DNA of 64,000 bases from Euglena gracilis (lineage: Eukaryota). The DNA lies in NCBI GenBank assembly GCA_039621445.1, contig CP154954.1:9178634-9242633 (forward strand). Direction: 5' to 3'. Below the pieces are notes generated by a model. That model searched no databases and was not told the origin of the DNA. It was given only the letters and a program-made list of their open reading frames with translations. Position 1 is the stretch's first letter. Every line of letters begins with the position of its first letter. A program made the position numbers and the translations under genes. This document shows positions 48,094 through 59,299 of this stretch, in pieces.

Positions 48094-50285
48094 TGTGTAC
48101 CAGGCGTATGCTTCTGTCCTCTTCCGTTGAGGAAGTTAGGATGGAATCAGATCCTATTAGGATTTCCTAATGGGTGCCCCTTCCCTCTCCACAGGTGGTA
48201 TTCTATTCTTTTATATTCTTGTTCCTTCCTTTTCTCCGGACCGGACTTGGATATCCAGTCCGTCCTCCCTGCATTGCTCTGTGATTTGCTTCTTGGGAAG
48301 TGGGAAAAGGGTTTTTCTGTTACTATGATTTTCAGTTCCCAAGTAGGTGCGCCAAGGCGAAAGCGGAGGCTTTTTGGGAATTGGGAAAGGGGAATTGGGA
48401 ATCAGACGTACACTTGGTAGCAGATTGGTTACGATCCTACACATACTTCACAGAAAGAAAGGCTACCAGGTATTACTCACACGATCACAGAAAGAGGTAC
48501 CAGGTATTACGGTATCATTTTTTTCGATCCTACGCAGCGACAGGCTCCGGACTGGACGGTATTACCGTCGCGCGTCAGCTCGCGCTCTATCAGGTCGCAC
48601 AGGCTCCCTCTGTACGAACAGGCTCTGGTGCCAGCAATTGTTTGTGTTTGTTGCTGTTTTTGTCTTGGTTTTGTCATCAAAGCAAAACAGGCTTCACACC
48701 CCCATCAATTCAACTATGCCTTTTGGCATTGCATGCAAACATTGACGGGATTGCTGTTATTAAGTGCAAAGTTCCAACGCCGATAAGGCACAACTGGTTT
48801 CAACATTGCCAATGCCATGGTGGCCTGCGCACCTTCACATGCTCCACGTCAGGTCTGCGGCAATGGTGCCGCACACGCCTCCGCAGGCCAGCGCCGTGGT
48901 GGCAAACCCCCTTCTTTCAGCCACACCCACCCGTCTCCCCCACCAGCAAGCCCTTACAGAGCTTTGCCACCACCCGATCTTGGGTGCTATCCCCTTGGCA
49001 ACGAGGAGGCCTGGGGTACCACTCTGGTACGTCCCAACCCAAGGCTATGGAAGTCCACTGCTGAGGGTTCGTTGCTCGGCTTCCAGGGGATCACCCACTT
49101 GTGAGGCAGTTCAACCATGTGCAACAATGCGTTGCAGATTGTGCAACCGCGTTCAACAAAGTGCTTCAGTTTGATGGGGACAACCAAAAACATGTCTTCG
49201 CCAAGCTGGAATACTGCTGTAATTACTTGCAAGTGGCAAATATTGCCAGATGAATTTCGAACTTGCTGGTATTGACCTTGCAAACTTTCGGGAAACCTTT
49301 GACAAAATGTGCCAACAACTCCCGCAAAACTTCCGGCTAATTAGTGAATGCATGCCTGAAGTGGAAACGCGGAATGACTCCAAGTTTCTGCACTTGCATG
49401 ACTCACTCCAGAAATTATCGGGACAAATGGAGTCCTGTTCATCCGCTTTGTTGCATTTGCAACAGCAGTTGCATGCACGAGATTCCTCGTCTGCAACAAC
49501 AAACAGTGGTGGATTTGTGTCTATGGACCATTTCACCACATTGTCCGCAACTTTCCATGAATCGCAACAGCGCATTATGCAGTTGTGCGATGAAACGGAA
49601 AGGTTTCGGCAATTCCAGTCACAAGCCAACGAGAATTTTGCTCCCCACACGTATGTGCGGCAGTTGGAGGAGCGACTTTCCCGTTTGGAGCAGAAAACCT
49701 GCTATTGTGACGCAAATCGGGTTGGATTATCCAATCTGAGCGCGAAAGTCGCGGAAGTAGCACAACGGCAGGATTCCCTGCAGTTGCAGTTGCAATCCGA
49801 CATTGGCGGGATTAACTCGGCCATTGCGGGTTTGCAACAAAGCTATTCCGCACTTTCCCACCGAGTTCCGGACATTAGCGGTATTCAAACTGCTATTGGG
49901 AACTCCAGACCCGGTATGCATCGGTGTCTGCTAAAATAACGGAAATGCAGTCTCTACCTGCAGTTTCCAGTTCCCGGATTACCGAGAACCCTGATTTCAA
50001 GGCATTTTATGACAAAATGCTCACCGGCAACCAGGAAACCTTGCAAGGTTTCTGCAACAGCCTATTACGGCTTGAGGAATCGGTGAATCGGAATGCCCGA
50101 TCCACGCAAGGTGAGATTACCAGGTTGGATGAGCGAATTTCCGCGTTTTTGGATAAGCCACAACCCGGAAGTTTGCCCGTGGGTACCACCACCGTGTTGT
50201 CGGATAACCCTGCACCGGTTGCACCCACCGCCACACCAACCAAGGTGACATGACCTTTGCAGATTCGCTGTAAAAGCATTAATGG
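48094..50285 (+). mobile_element. Partial copy A3: 5' LTR 48094-48414, PBS, degenerate gag
   Basis: A-type LTR; gag homology ends abruptly at 50285. Confidence 0.9.
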
Positions 50286-50764
50286 TGTTGTAACCGTGGT
50301 GCCCGCCCTGGAGTTTCCAGTCCCTCGGGGCCGGCACCCCGTTGCGTAGGATCTTTTACACTGCCCAGGGTGTTTTCAATTCCCCTCGTGGCTTGTTTTA
50401 AAAATTGCATTTTCTTTTGTTTTGGTGGGTCTTTTTGGTGAAAACAGGTGAGTTGGGTGGCTCACACCTTTTCTTTGATAAAAAATCCACAAGACCAACA
50501 GCACAATACAAGCAATTCAGCAATTCCAAAACCAGCACCAATGTAATGAACCACGTACTGTCCAGGTAAGAATGATAATTGATAACCAAGATAATTCGAT
50601 TCTTGAACTTGAAACAGACAAAAACAAGACAGAGCCCTGTGCAGACAAATGGGGTCAGCTAATTGATAATTCCTAATAAGATTTTCCTAATCCTAACTGC
50701 AGAGTCATCAGGTTGGGTTGGGTTAGGTTATGTTGTTTTGGGCACTCAGCACCCCTGACTCACA
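50286..50764 (-). repeat. Putative 3' LTR of element C
   Basis: Minus strand reads PPT GGGAAGGGGAG, then TGTGAG...ACAACA, ending at the A3 gag break; no second copy in the window. Confidence 0.55.
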
Positions 50765-51913
50765 CTCCCCTTCCCGAAGGAGTTGTTTACAACTCTTCAC
50801 GACTCCAACAGGAAGGGGTGTGGAGTGCACTCGTTGTGAGGAGGGGCCAGCGAGGGGACCGTTGTGGTTCAGGGTCCCCCCCCCTCAGGGGGCTGTGCCG
50901 TTCAGGTTCGTTTTAGGGCCGGGGGGCTGAGTCAAATGTTCTCCTTTGACAGTTGGGTCTGTGCGGGGTCTGGTGTGTTGTCCCCCCCCCAGCCCGCCTA
51001 GGGCTGTTTGTCGTTGGGGGGGGGGGCAGGCGCCGTTGTGAACCAAGCGCCAGCCACGGTTAAAATTTTCAGGAAATTCTTATTCCCAGGTCAGGTGAGT
51101 TGTTTTGTCACGGTCAGGGTCCTAGACAGCCGTTTTCTGTTCGGTTAGCCAATTCGTTGTCTGGGGTTGGTGTCCGTTCGGTGTTGGGTGGGTCCAGCTG
51201 GGGCCTTCCAGCCCCCCCCCCCCAGGCCAAGCGGTCAGGCTTTGGCCGGGGACGAATTTTAATAAAAATCAGGTGAAGGCTGGGTTTCGGTTAAAAATCA
51301 GGCTGGGTCAAGGACAATGTTTTTTTTGTATTTTTGTATTTTTTTTCTGGGGGGTAGGCTGGTTTGTGCGAGGTCAGGTGCTGTGGATGGTCCTCGCCCC
51401 CCCCCCCGGGCCGGTGGCCCGGGGCCGGCCAGGTCCGGGATTTTTTAGACAAAGTCAGGTTTCCCTTCCACCGTTTGCCCAGTTTGGCTGGCTGCTACGG
51501 TTGGGGTTGGGGGCTGTGTTTTGTTTTTACAAGTAGGCTGGCCAGGTCCAGGGGTGAAGGTTCGTTCTCCCCGGGGGGGGTCCCAACCAACAACAACAAC
51601 GATGATGAATTGAAGAATGGATCGATTGGCAGAAGAGAGGCACTTGAGGTCAGTGAATTCGGGTCGGGTCGGGTCTTGTTCAGGTCCGTTGGGCTGGTTC
51701 GAGTTGGGCTGGCCAGCGGTTCGGGTTCAGGTGGGCTGGCCAGGGGGCTGCCCATGCCTGTTTTGTCGTTTTGAGTCAGGCAGGTTTTGTCAGTGGTGTA
51801 CAGGTTCAAGTCGACAGAGGTTAATATTGGTGGTAGAGCTGGGGTTGGCTTCCAGGTCGTTGTTTGGCGACGTGGCGGTGTGTGCGAGAGAGCGCAGGGG
51901 TATGTGACACGTG

Positions 51914-54544
51914 TCACTCCATCCCATCAAGCAACTCTCTCACATCCACAGCTAAATCCCGTTCCTTGCAATATTGGACCACATCTTTGTTCGTTCGGAG
52001 GAAGAAGTGGTTCAGGGGTTCCCACTGAGTGTCAGACGGGTCCCAGTTTTTCCACTGAATCAAAAATTGAAGTTTTCCGTCTTTCCTACGGTGGTTCAGC
52101 ACTTTTTCAACCTCCCACTCGTCTGGGCCGACCTCCAACTCCTGTGCCTTGCCCGACCAAAAATAGAGAGGGACAGGGGTTGTGTTGTAGAGGTCCTCCA
52201 CGTGGGGTTTGAGTTGTGAACGGTGGGCAGGTTGTCGGTTTCCCGGTCGTAGTTCAACCACGTAGGAGTGTTGTCCTACCCGTTCCAACACCACCGCAGG
52301 TCCTTTCCACTCCGGTTCGAGTTTGTCGGTGCCAGGTTGTCTTTCAGGTTGATACCAGACTTTGGAACCGATTTCCAAGGCAGGTGGTTCTCTGCGTTTT
52401 CGGTTCACAGTTTCAGCCCGTTCACGTTGTTTTTCGTTCGGGACCAGGCTCACCCACTGGTCTTGTTCTTTCATCCTTTCCAAGAACGCTGTGGCCCCTT
52501 CCGCTTCCCTTTGTGGTTGGTATGGCAATCCCGCCAACGGTCTGTGCCTGCCAAACACAATTTCGTACGGTGACAAACCGGTTTCACCTGGGACGTCGTG
52601 TAGGGCCCTCAAGGCGTTCGGTAGGAGTTCAAACCAGGGTACCCCTTTTTCAGCAGCCAGTTTTGCCAGTTTTCGGAGGACTTGTTGACCCGCTACCTCA
52701 GCCCGTCCGTTGGCTTGGTGGTGGTATGCCTGCCCGTATGCCACACGGACCCCGTGGGCAGCACACAGTATTTTCCACCAACCGGCTGTGAAGTGGGAGC
52801 CCCGGTCGGAGCTCACCACCGAGGGTATCCCAAAAATTCCCCACTGTTTGTACATTTCCTTTCCAACCTTTTCTGCTGTGAGTCCCTTGGCCAGGTGGGG
52901 GGTTGCAACCATCCACCCACTCAGCCTGTCCACACACAACGCCAACGTGTCATATTTTTTCCCTTCAAAAGTCGTTTCAGGCAGTGAGAACAAATCGATG
53001 GCAACACTGTCCATCAGGTGTGCAGGAATCGGTGTCGGTTCGATGGGGCACTTGTATGGTAGGTGGCTGGGTTCTGTTGCTTGGCAGGTTTCACACATGG
53101 TCATCATTTTGCCTGTCAGTTTTTTTGCATCCTGGTGGTCCGCAAACGCAAACCACCTTCCCATCTGGTCCCACAGTCGGGCTGACCCTGGGTGCCCGGC
53201 TGTTTCGTGATGTTCCCGAATTACGTTTCCAGTCAACCCACTTGGTACACACAGGAGACCGTTTTTGTAGAGCCTGCCGTTGTCGAATCGGTACCCGTCA
53301 GGCCAGTTTTTGAACCCCGTTTCCTTCAGGTCCTTGAGCACAGGTCCCCACCTTGGGCAACTTTCGTACTCGTTCTTCCATTCCCTGTCCATCACCCCTT
53401 TCGGTTCCCCCTGTTGAAGCTCCGGGGCGTGCACTCCCCTTGATGGAGGTCCAACGGGTGTCCCTGTTGAGGATGACGCACCTTGCGCGTCCTGTTGTTT
53501 TGTTGAGTCTGTTGTTGTTAGGGGTTCCACAGGGTCCTCTTCCAGGGGTCTTCGCCTTGGTGGGTCTTCCTCAGTGGATGGTCCCTCGGCCGTTTTTGAA
53601 TTTTTTGGGGTTTTGTTTTTTGGTTGGTCTGGTCGGATCAGGTTTCCCGCCTCGTCCGTGGTCTCCCTTGGGGTTGCCTCAGCCAGTTTTTTGTTTGGTT
53701 CCACCACAGTCTTTTCCTTCACAACCCATTTCTTTGTCGTTTTTGCAGGTTTTTGAGCTGGTTTTGAAATTTTTTGAGGGGTGTCACCATTTTCCGTTGA
53801 ACCAGGCACTGTGGGCGAATCTTCACCCGTTTTGGCTCCCCCCCTTGTTGTGACGGCCACAGTGACGGGTTCTTGAAGTTGTTTTTGTGCCTGTGTCAGG
53901 TCTGCCACGTTGATCACCATACAAGTTTTCTGTTCCTTTTCCTCCTGTTTGATGATTTCTTTCATGAGTCGGTCGTCCTCCTCACTCCCGTGGATACTCA
54001 CGTCGGCGAATGCCTGTGAGGCGGGGTAGGCCCACCTACTCAAGGCATCGGCGACCGTGTTGTCTTTGCCAGGTACGTATGCAACGGTTATGTCGAACCG
54101 CGAAAGCAGTTCGTGCCACCTAGCCCTACGTCCAGCTGGTCCACTGGGGGTGTCCAGCGCCTCCGTTGCCCATGCCTCAATGGACTTGTGGTCCGTCAAC
54201 ACCAGTACCGGTTGCATTCCTATCCAGGAAGCCCATTTTTGCAGGGCCAGGATCACTGCGTAGGTCTCCTTCTCCCTAGGAGACCACGAGCGAACCTGCC
54301 CAGGTGCCAGTTTTCGTGAACAGAAAGCTACGGGTACTGTTTTTTTGGTCATGGCTGTTGTTGGGTCTGGTTTGTCTGCAGTGTCCTCCGCAAATTGTTC
54401 CAGAGCCGCACGTACGGCTCTGCCACTTGCATCCACCCTGAGTATGAACGGTTTGTCTGGGTTCACCGTTTGCAGTTTCAGGCTTCCCAGCAGTCTTTCT
54501 TTGATGCTCTGGAAGGCTGTTCTTTCTTTTTCACCGAAAAACAC
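51914..54544 (-). CDS. pol: Element C pol 3' part: RNase H, low-complexity spacer, integrase, chromodomain
   Basis: VDASG/REKE/TDH; H-H-C-C; IDLF, SDRG and AEVA; IQWKNWDPSDTQWEP. Confidence 0.95.
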   Translation of the reverse strand: MFFGEKERTAFQSIKERLLGSLKLQTVNPDKPFILRVDASGRAVRAALEQFAEDTADKPDPTTAMTKKTVPVAFCSRKLAPGQVRSWSPREKETYAVILALQKWASWIGMQPVLVLTDHKSIEAWATEALDTPSGPAGRRARWHELLSRFDITVAYVPGKDNTVADALSRWAYPASQAFADVSIHGSEEDDRLMKEIIKQEEKEQKTCMVINVADLTQAQKQLQEPVTVAVTTRGGAKTGEDSPTVPGSTENGDTPQKISKPAQKPAKTTKKWVVKEKTVVEPNKKLAEATPRETTDEAGNLIRPDQPKNKTPKNSKTAEGPSTEEDPPRRRPLEEDPVEPLTTTDSTKQQDAQGASSSTGTPVGPPSRGVHAPELQQGEPKGVMDREWKNEYESCPRWGPVLKDLKETGFKNWPDGYRFDNGRLYKNGLLCVPSGLTGNVIREHHETAGHPGSARLWDQMGRWFAFADHQDAKKLTGKMMTMCETCQATEPSHLPYKCPIEPTPIPAHLMDSVAIDLFSLPETTFEGKKYDTLALCVDRLSGWMVATPHLAKGLTAEKVGKEMYKQWGIFGIPSVVSSDRGSHFTAGWWKILCAAHGVRVAYGQAYHHQANGRAEVAGQQVLRKLAKLAAEKGVPWFELLPNALRALHDVPGETGLSPYEIVFGRHRPLAGLPYQPQREAEGATAFLERMKEQDQWVSLVPNEKQRERAETVNRKRREPPALEIGSKVWYQPERQPGTDKLEPEWKGPAVVLERVGQHSYVVELRPGNRQPAHRSQLKPHVEDLYNTTPVPLYFWSGKAQELEVGPDEWEVEKVLNHRRKDGKLQFLIQWKNWDPSDTQWEPLNHFFLRTNKDVVQYCKERDLAVDVRELLDGME

Positions 54545-55560
54545 AGGTGTCAGGCTTCCTTTCTTCCCCTTGTCCCTTTTTTACTTTCAGTTTTTCCATC
54601 AGGTCTGCCGCCAATTCCGCATACCCTGGGATGTATGAGGCGTAGTAATTTGTGAATCCCAGGAATGCCCGCAGGGCTGTGACCGTTTTTGGTTCCTCCC
54701 ATTTTTCAAAGGCCATCAGTTTCCCAGGTGCTGGTTTTCGTTGTCCACCACCGAGCACGTGTCCACAGAATTCCACCTCCTTCACGAAAAATTTGCATTT
54801 CTTGATGTCTGCCACGTGTTGCTGTTTTTCAGTGCCTCCATCACCCTCCTGATGTCTTTGTCGTGTTGTTATAGGGTTTTTTTTTCTGTTTTCTGCCACA
54901 CGGTTCCTACGATTATGTCGTCCACGTAGGGGTTTGCAATGTCCTGTACCTCCTCCAGGCTGTACTCGATCACCCTCTGGAAAATCGGTACACCGTTTTT
55001 CATTCCCATGACCACCACTCTCCACTGTTTTGTTCCCTTGGGTGTGCTGCAGCAGGTGTAGGGTCTGGATTCTGTTCTCAGTGGCACCTGGTGGAAGGCG
55101 TCTTTCAGGTCCAGTACACTGTACAGGGCCCGTTGTCCTTGTTGAACTAGGATGTCTTCTATCCTAGGGAGGGGATGGGCGTCTGTGATTGTTGCCTCGT
55201 TCAGTGCTCTGAAATCCACCACCCCTCTCCATTTTCCACCTTTTTTGGCCACCACGAACGTGGGGCTGGACCAGTCACTCTTCCCGTCTTCCACTTTCAG
55301 GTCCCTAACCCATTCGTCCACCATGTCGATGAGTGCCTGTCGGCGTTCTCCTGTCATGTGGATGGGTCTTTGCTTTTTCGCCACTGTTCCAGGTTTCAGT
55401 TCGATTTTCCCATAACCCAGTGGTCCGCGTTCTGGGGGGTCTGGGTAGATTTTGTCTCGCAAGACCACTCCTTCATAGTCCTGCCGCAGTTTTTTCACCA
55501 GTTCTGCCACCTTTTCGCCTTGTGTTTCCTGTCCTTCTGGCACCACCACAACACCGTGAA
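54531..55560 (-). pseudogene. Element C reverse transcriptase (frameshifted)
   Basis: WRGVVDFR, LDLKDAFHQ, MGMKNG, YVDD and FCGH spread over several frames. Confidence 0.92.
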
Positions 55561-55829
55561 CCCTGTCAGATTTCTTTGCCGATTTCTGAAGTTGTTTTGG
55601 CCAGAGTTTCCAGTGTTGTTTCGTCTTCAAACAGTTTTTCCTCGTCCTGGCCCGCTTCAGCAGGAATCTGCAAATTCATTGCCCGCACTGCCGAAATGTT
55701 TTTCTGAAGTTGGTGTATTTTCCGTTCCCTGTGTTTTTGTTCCTTCAGCTGGTGCCAACTGGACAGCAGCCGCAGTGGTTCACCTATGAGGGCCAGTGAT
55801 TGTAGCTGTGGGAAATCCCCCCAGGTGGT

Positions 55830-56160
55830 GTTGTTCCGTAACGGATACCCGAGGATGGCATCCACTTGGATGTCGGCGTCATGGAACGTTCCAATGGTGG
55901 ACCATTCCCTTGTTCTGTCCGTGTTGTGCACCCGTGATGAAAACTGCAGTTCCAGTGTGACTTCGTGTAGTCCTCCTTCCATCCTTGTTCCGTCCGCTGT
56001 GATCAGGGCCAAGGGTTTTTGTGAACGTCTGAAGTTTTGTTGGGGAATCAGGTTCTTTTTCACCAGGTTTGCCTGTGCTCCCGTGTCAATCAGGGCCTGT
56101 AGGAACATTTTTTTGCCGTCCGGCAACACAGCACGGACTTCGATGAGGAGTTGTTTTGCT
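55830..56160 (-). CDS. Element C aspartic protease domain
   Basis: ALIDTGAQANL...ITADG...DAILG. Confidence 0.88.
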
Positions 56161-56409
56161 TTCTTTCTGCTGATGACCTGCCCCAGCAGGAGTTTGGACA
56201 CCGGTTCACACAGTCGTTTTGGAAGCCGAATGTTTTGGTCAGGTTCTGTTTTGTCAGTTGAATCTGGGTTTGGCTGTTGACCTGTCAGTTCTGGGCTGGG
56301 CTGTGAGAGCATGTTTTGTCGTGCAGTCTGGGCAGGGCTGGGCTGCTGCAGCGGTTGTTGCTGCGCGGCCTGGGCTTGGCTGGTTTGCCGTAGCCGTTCG
56401 TGGAACCCC

Positions 56410-56989
56410 GCCAGGTCCTGAATCAGTTGTTCTGGGATCCTGAATTTTTTGAAGGCTGGAATGTTGTGTTTGTTGCTGAGTTTCACCAGGTGACCACCAC
56501 CGTTTGGGTCCAGGTTCTTGCACGTTTTCCGTCACACCGTTTTGCTGGTACCTGCAGGATGTCAGGGCTGCCCCAGATTCGTGTTGGTTTTTTGTAACCC
56601 CAGTCTGTGTATTGACAGTAATCCACGTCAATGTACGGGTACGGTTTCATGTAATCTCGTTTTCCCAGGTATCCGTACCTTGGGTTTTCCAACCACCATT
56701 TCTGCGGCTGCAGAAATTCCACAATTTCCAGGGCTTTCTTTGCAAGGCTGTCTCCCTTTTCCAGGTTTCTGGGTCTTGTCGTCAGGGCAATGCTGAATTC
56801 TGTGCAGGGAACTCCACACACCACCGTGTGGAATTCACCAGGTTTGAAATGTTTTCTGAAGTCCCAGTCCAGTACGTCCACCTGGTAATCCGCTTTCCAC
56901 CTGGGGTCTGAATCCACCGTCACCACCTGGAAACCCATTTTTTCATACACCTTGCTGACCGATTTTGTTCCACAGAACAGGTCCAGCAT
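56410..56989 (-). CDS. C5-cytosine DNA methyltransferase domain in element C
   Basis: Motif I LDLFCG, IV GVPCTEFS, VI LENP, then DYCQY...KPTRIW; C-terminal FRIP after a 1-nt shift. Confidence 0.9.
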
Positions 56990-57512
56990 TTTTGGGTTGG
57001 TTTTTCTGCTGTGGCCCGTTCTGGTGTCGCTGTGGCTGCCTTCTGCAGTTTTCTGATGTGTTTCTGTGGTTTTTCTGTCCCCAAATCGGCTTTTTGTTCA
57101 CCACCCTCCACCTCGTCCTCCACTGGCGGGTGCTCGTGGGCTGTGCCGAACCTCACCTTGGATGTCGGATGTAGGGGGGTGAAGTGTTTGTGGAAACCTG
57201 GTAGGTACTTGCACCGTGTTTTGTGTCCGCATACCAAAAACACTTCCACATGCCACGGTGTATTCCTGCAGTTCTTGTCACCCTGTCCGAACAGTTTTGT
57301 TCCCGCTGGGATGAACATTGACATCACTGCCAGTTTTTTGATTTCTCCGTACCATTTTCTGTGAACCCATCTGGGTACCATGAGGAGTGCATGGGCCTCG
57401 TCTGTTTGGATTTTTCTCACCACCTGTGAAATTTTGCTGAATGGGGGGTTCATCCACAGCAGTTTTCCGTGCCAGTTTTTTTCAAATGCGTCTGTTCCAT
57501 CTGGGCTGCCAG
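56990..57512 (-). CDS. N6-adenine methyltransferase (Dam-like) domain in element C, 5'-truncated
   Basis: DAFEKNW...WMNPPFSKISQVVRKI...LLMVPRW...WY. Confidence 0.88.
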
Positions 57513-59228
57513 TATAGGGGGGGGCCCATTCCGGCCCCCACTTTGTCTTTGCCATTGGCAGATCTGACATTTGCAGGTTTTTCTGTAGCAATTCTTGTAC
57601 TCCCCTGCCAGCATAAATCCTTCCCTTTCAGCAACCTTCAGCGCCCAGGGGCCACAGACATTTGTAGGATCTTTCCCCAGGTACTTGACACACTGACTCA
57701 AATTTTCCTTTTCAATCTGCTCCTCCCTGCGCCTTGATTCCTCCATCAGCCAATTCATTGCGCCAAACCTTCCCAAAACCACAGCAAGAAACAAACCAGA
57801 AGTCAAAGCCCCAAAGGGTTCATACTGCTTGCCACCTGCACAAAGTTACAGATGACAGACTGTGGAATGTACAAATTAGGAATCTCTGGCCTGGCTCTGC
57901 TTAATTCTGCTGCACATCTGGGAGCGAATCCCACACTCCCCTCCTCAAAAAGCTTCCCAAGCTATGTCAGCCATTGGCATCTGGGAGTCGCTCACAGATG
58001 GGCTTCACCTGTGCCACCTGCCTTTCCACCGCCCTCGAGCCACACAAGTCGTTTTTCGAGCAATTGCCAACCCCACCATGCCACACCCGTGCATGCCGTG
58101 GCCCACTGCCTGCGGTTTGTGCACAGGGGGCAATTGGTTCCCTGGAGCAATTGCTACCTGAGCAATCGTCGAAGACGTGCCACCAGGGCCTGCCACACAG
58201 GGGGGGGGTTTGGGGCAAAAGTTACCTGGGCAATCATCCCGGAAGATGTGCCACCAGGACTTGCCACACAAACCGGCATGCCACTGAAAATTCGACCCGG
58301 AGCTTTCGACAGGGGGCAAAAAGAACAAGGCAATCAGGTTAACACCCGGTCCGCTTAGTCCTCGAGTCGCTTGGCAGCCTTAAGCTTCAGCCTTCTCCTT
58401 CTCCGCTTCCAACTGGTCGTCTCATTCTTCCCTCTTGACTTTGGTTCGTCTGCACCTGGCTCAGCCACATCCTTCTTCGGGACTTCCCAGTTGAACGGTT
58501 CTTCCTCGTCGGTGGACTCGCATCTGACCTTTGACAGCTCCTTCTGGCTTGTTTCTTGCACTGCATCACCAGCATGTACACCTGTGGCATGCACAGCTTG
58601 AGCATCTTCTCCATCACCACTTCTGGCATGCAATGGGTCCCCATGGCCCAGCTGTACATCACCACATCCGCCTTCATCAACTTCAATGTCACCATGTCCA
58701 GGGCTGTAATGCCCGATGCTGGCATTACACACCTCAGCATTCCTTGACTTGTCATCTTCAGCATGCACAACTTGGACATCTCTGCAAGGCTCATGAACCC
58801 TTTGTGTAGGGGGGGGGCCCATTCTGGCCCCCACTTTGTCTTTGCCATTGGCAGATCTGACATTTGCAGGTTTTTCTGTAGCAATTCTTGTACTCCCCTG
58901 CCAGCATAAATCCTTCCCTTTCAGCAACCTTCAGCGCCCAGGGGCCACAGACATTTGTAGGATCTTTCCCCAGGTACTTGACACACTGCCTCAAATTTTC
59001 CTTTTCAATCTGCTCCTCCCTGCGCCTTGATTCCTCCATCATCCAATTCATTGCGCCAAACCTTCCCAAAACCACAGCAAGAAACAAACCAGAAGTCAAA
59101 GCCCCAAAGGGTTCATACTGCTTGCCACCTGCACAAAGTTACAGATGACAGACTGTGGAATGTACAAATTAGGAATCTCTGGCCTGGCTCTGCTTAATTC
59201 TGCTGCACATCTGGGAGCGAATCCCACA
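57513..59228 (-). mobile_element. Non-autonomous LTR element (TRIM-like), 1.7 kb
   Basis: ~423-bp near-identical repeats 57513-57935 and 58805-59228; PPT GAGGAGGGGAG; CCAG on both flanks (57509-57512, 59229-59232). Confidence 0.88.
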
Positions 59229-59299
59229 CCAGGCCCCCCCACGACCCCCCCCAGAACCCCCCCAGGACCCCCCCAGGACAGGGTCCTGGGGGGGGGAAC

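Noticed and set aside
51914-57512. DIRS element or bacterial restriction-modification contamination as the source of the MTases
   Set aside because: Protease, DDE integrase and chromodomain are present, no tyrosine recombinase or nuclease is seen, and the MTases are contiguous with pol
57513-57591. N-terminus of the Dam ORF as called in the track
   Set aside because: Derived from the inserted mini-element LTR, not from the MTase
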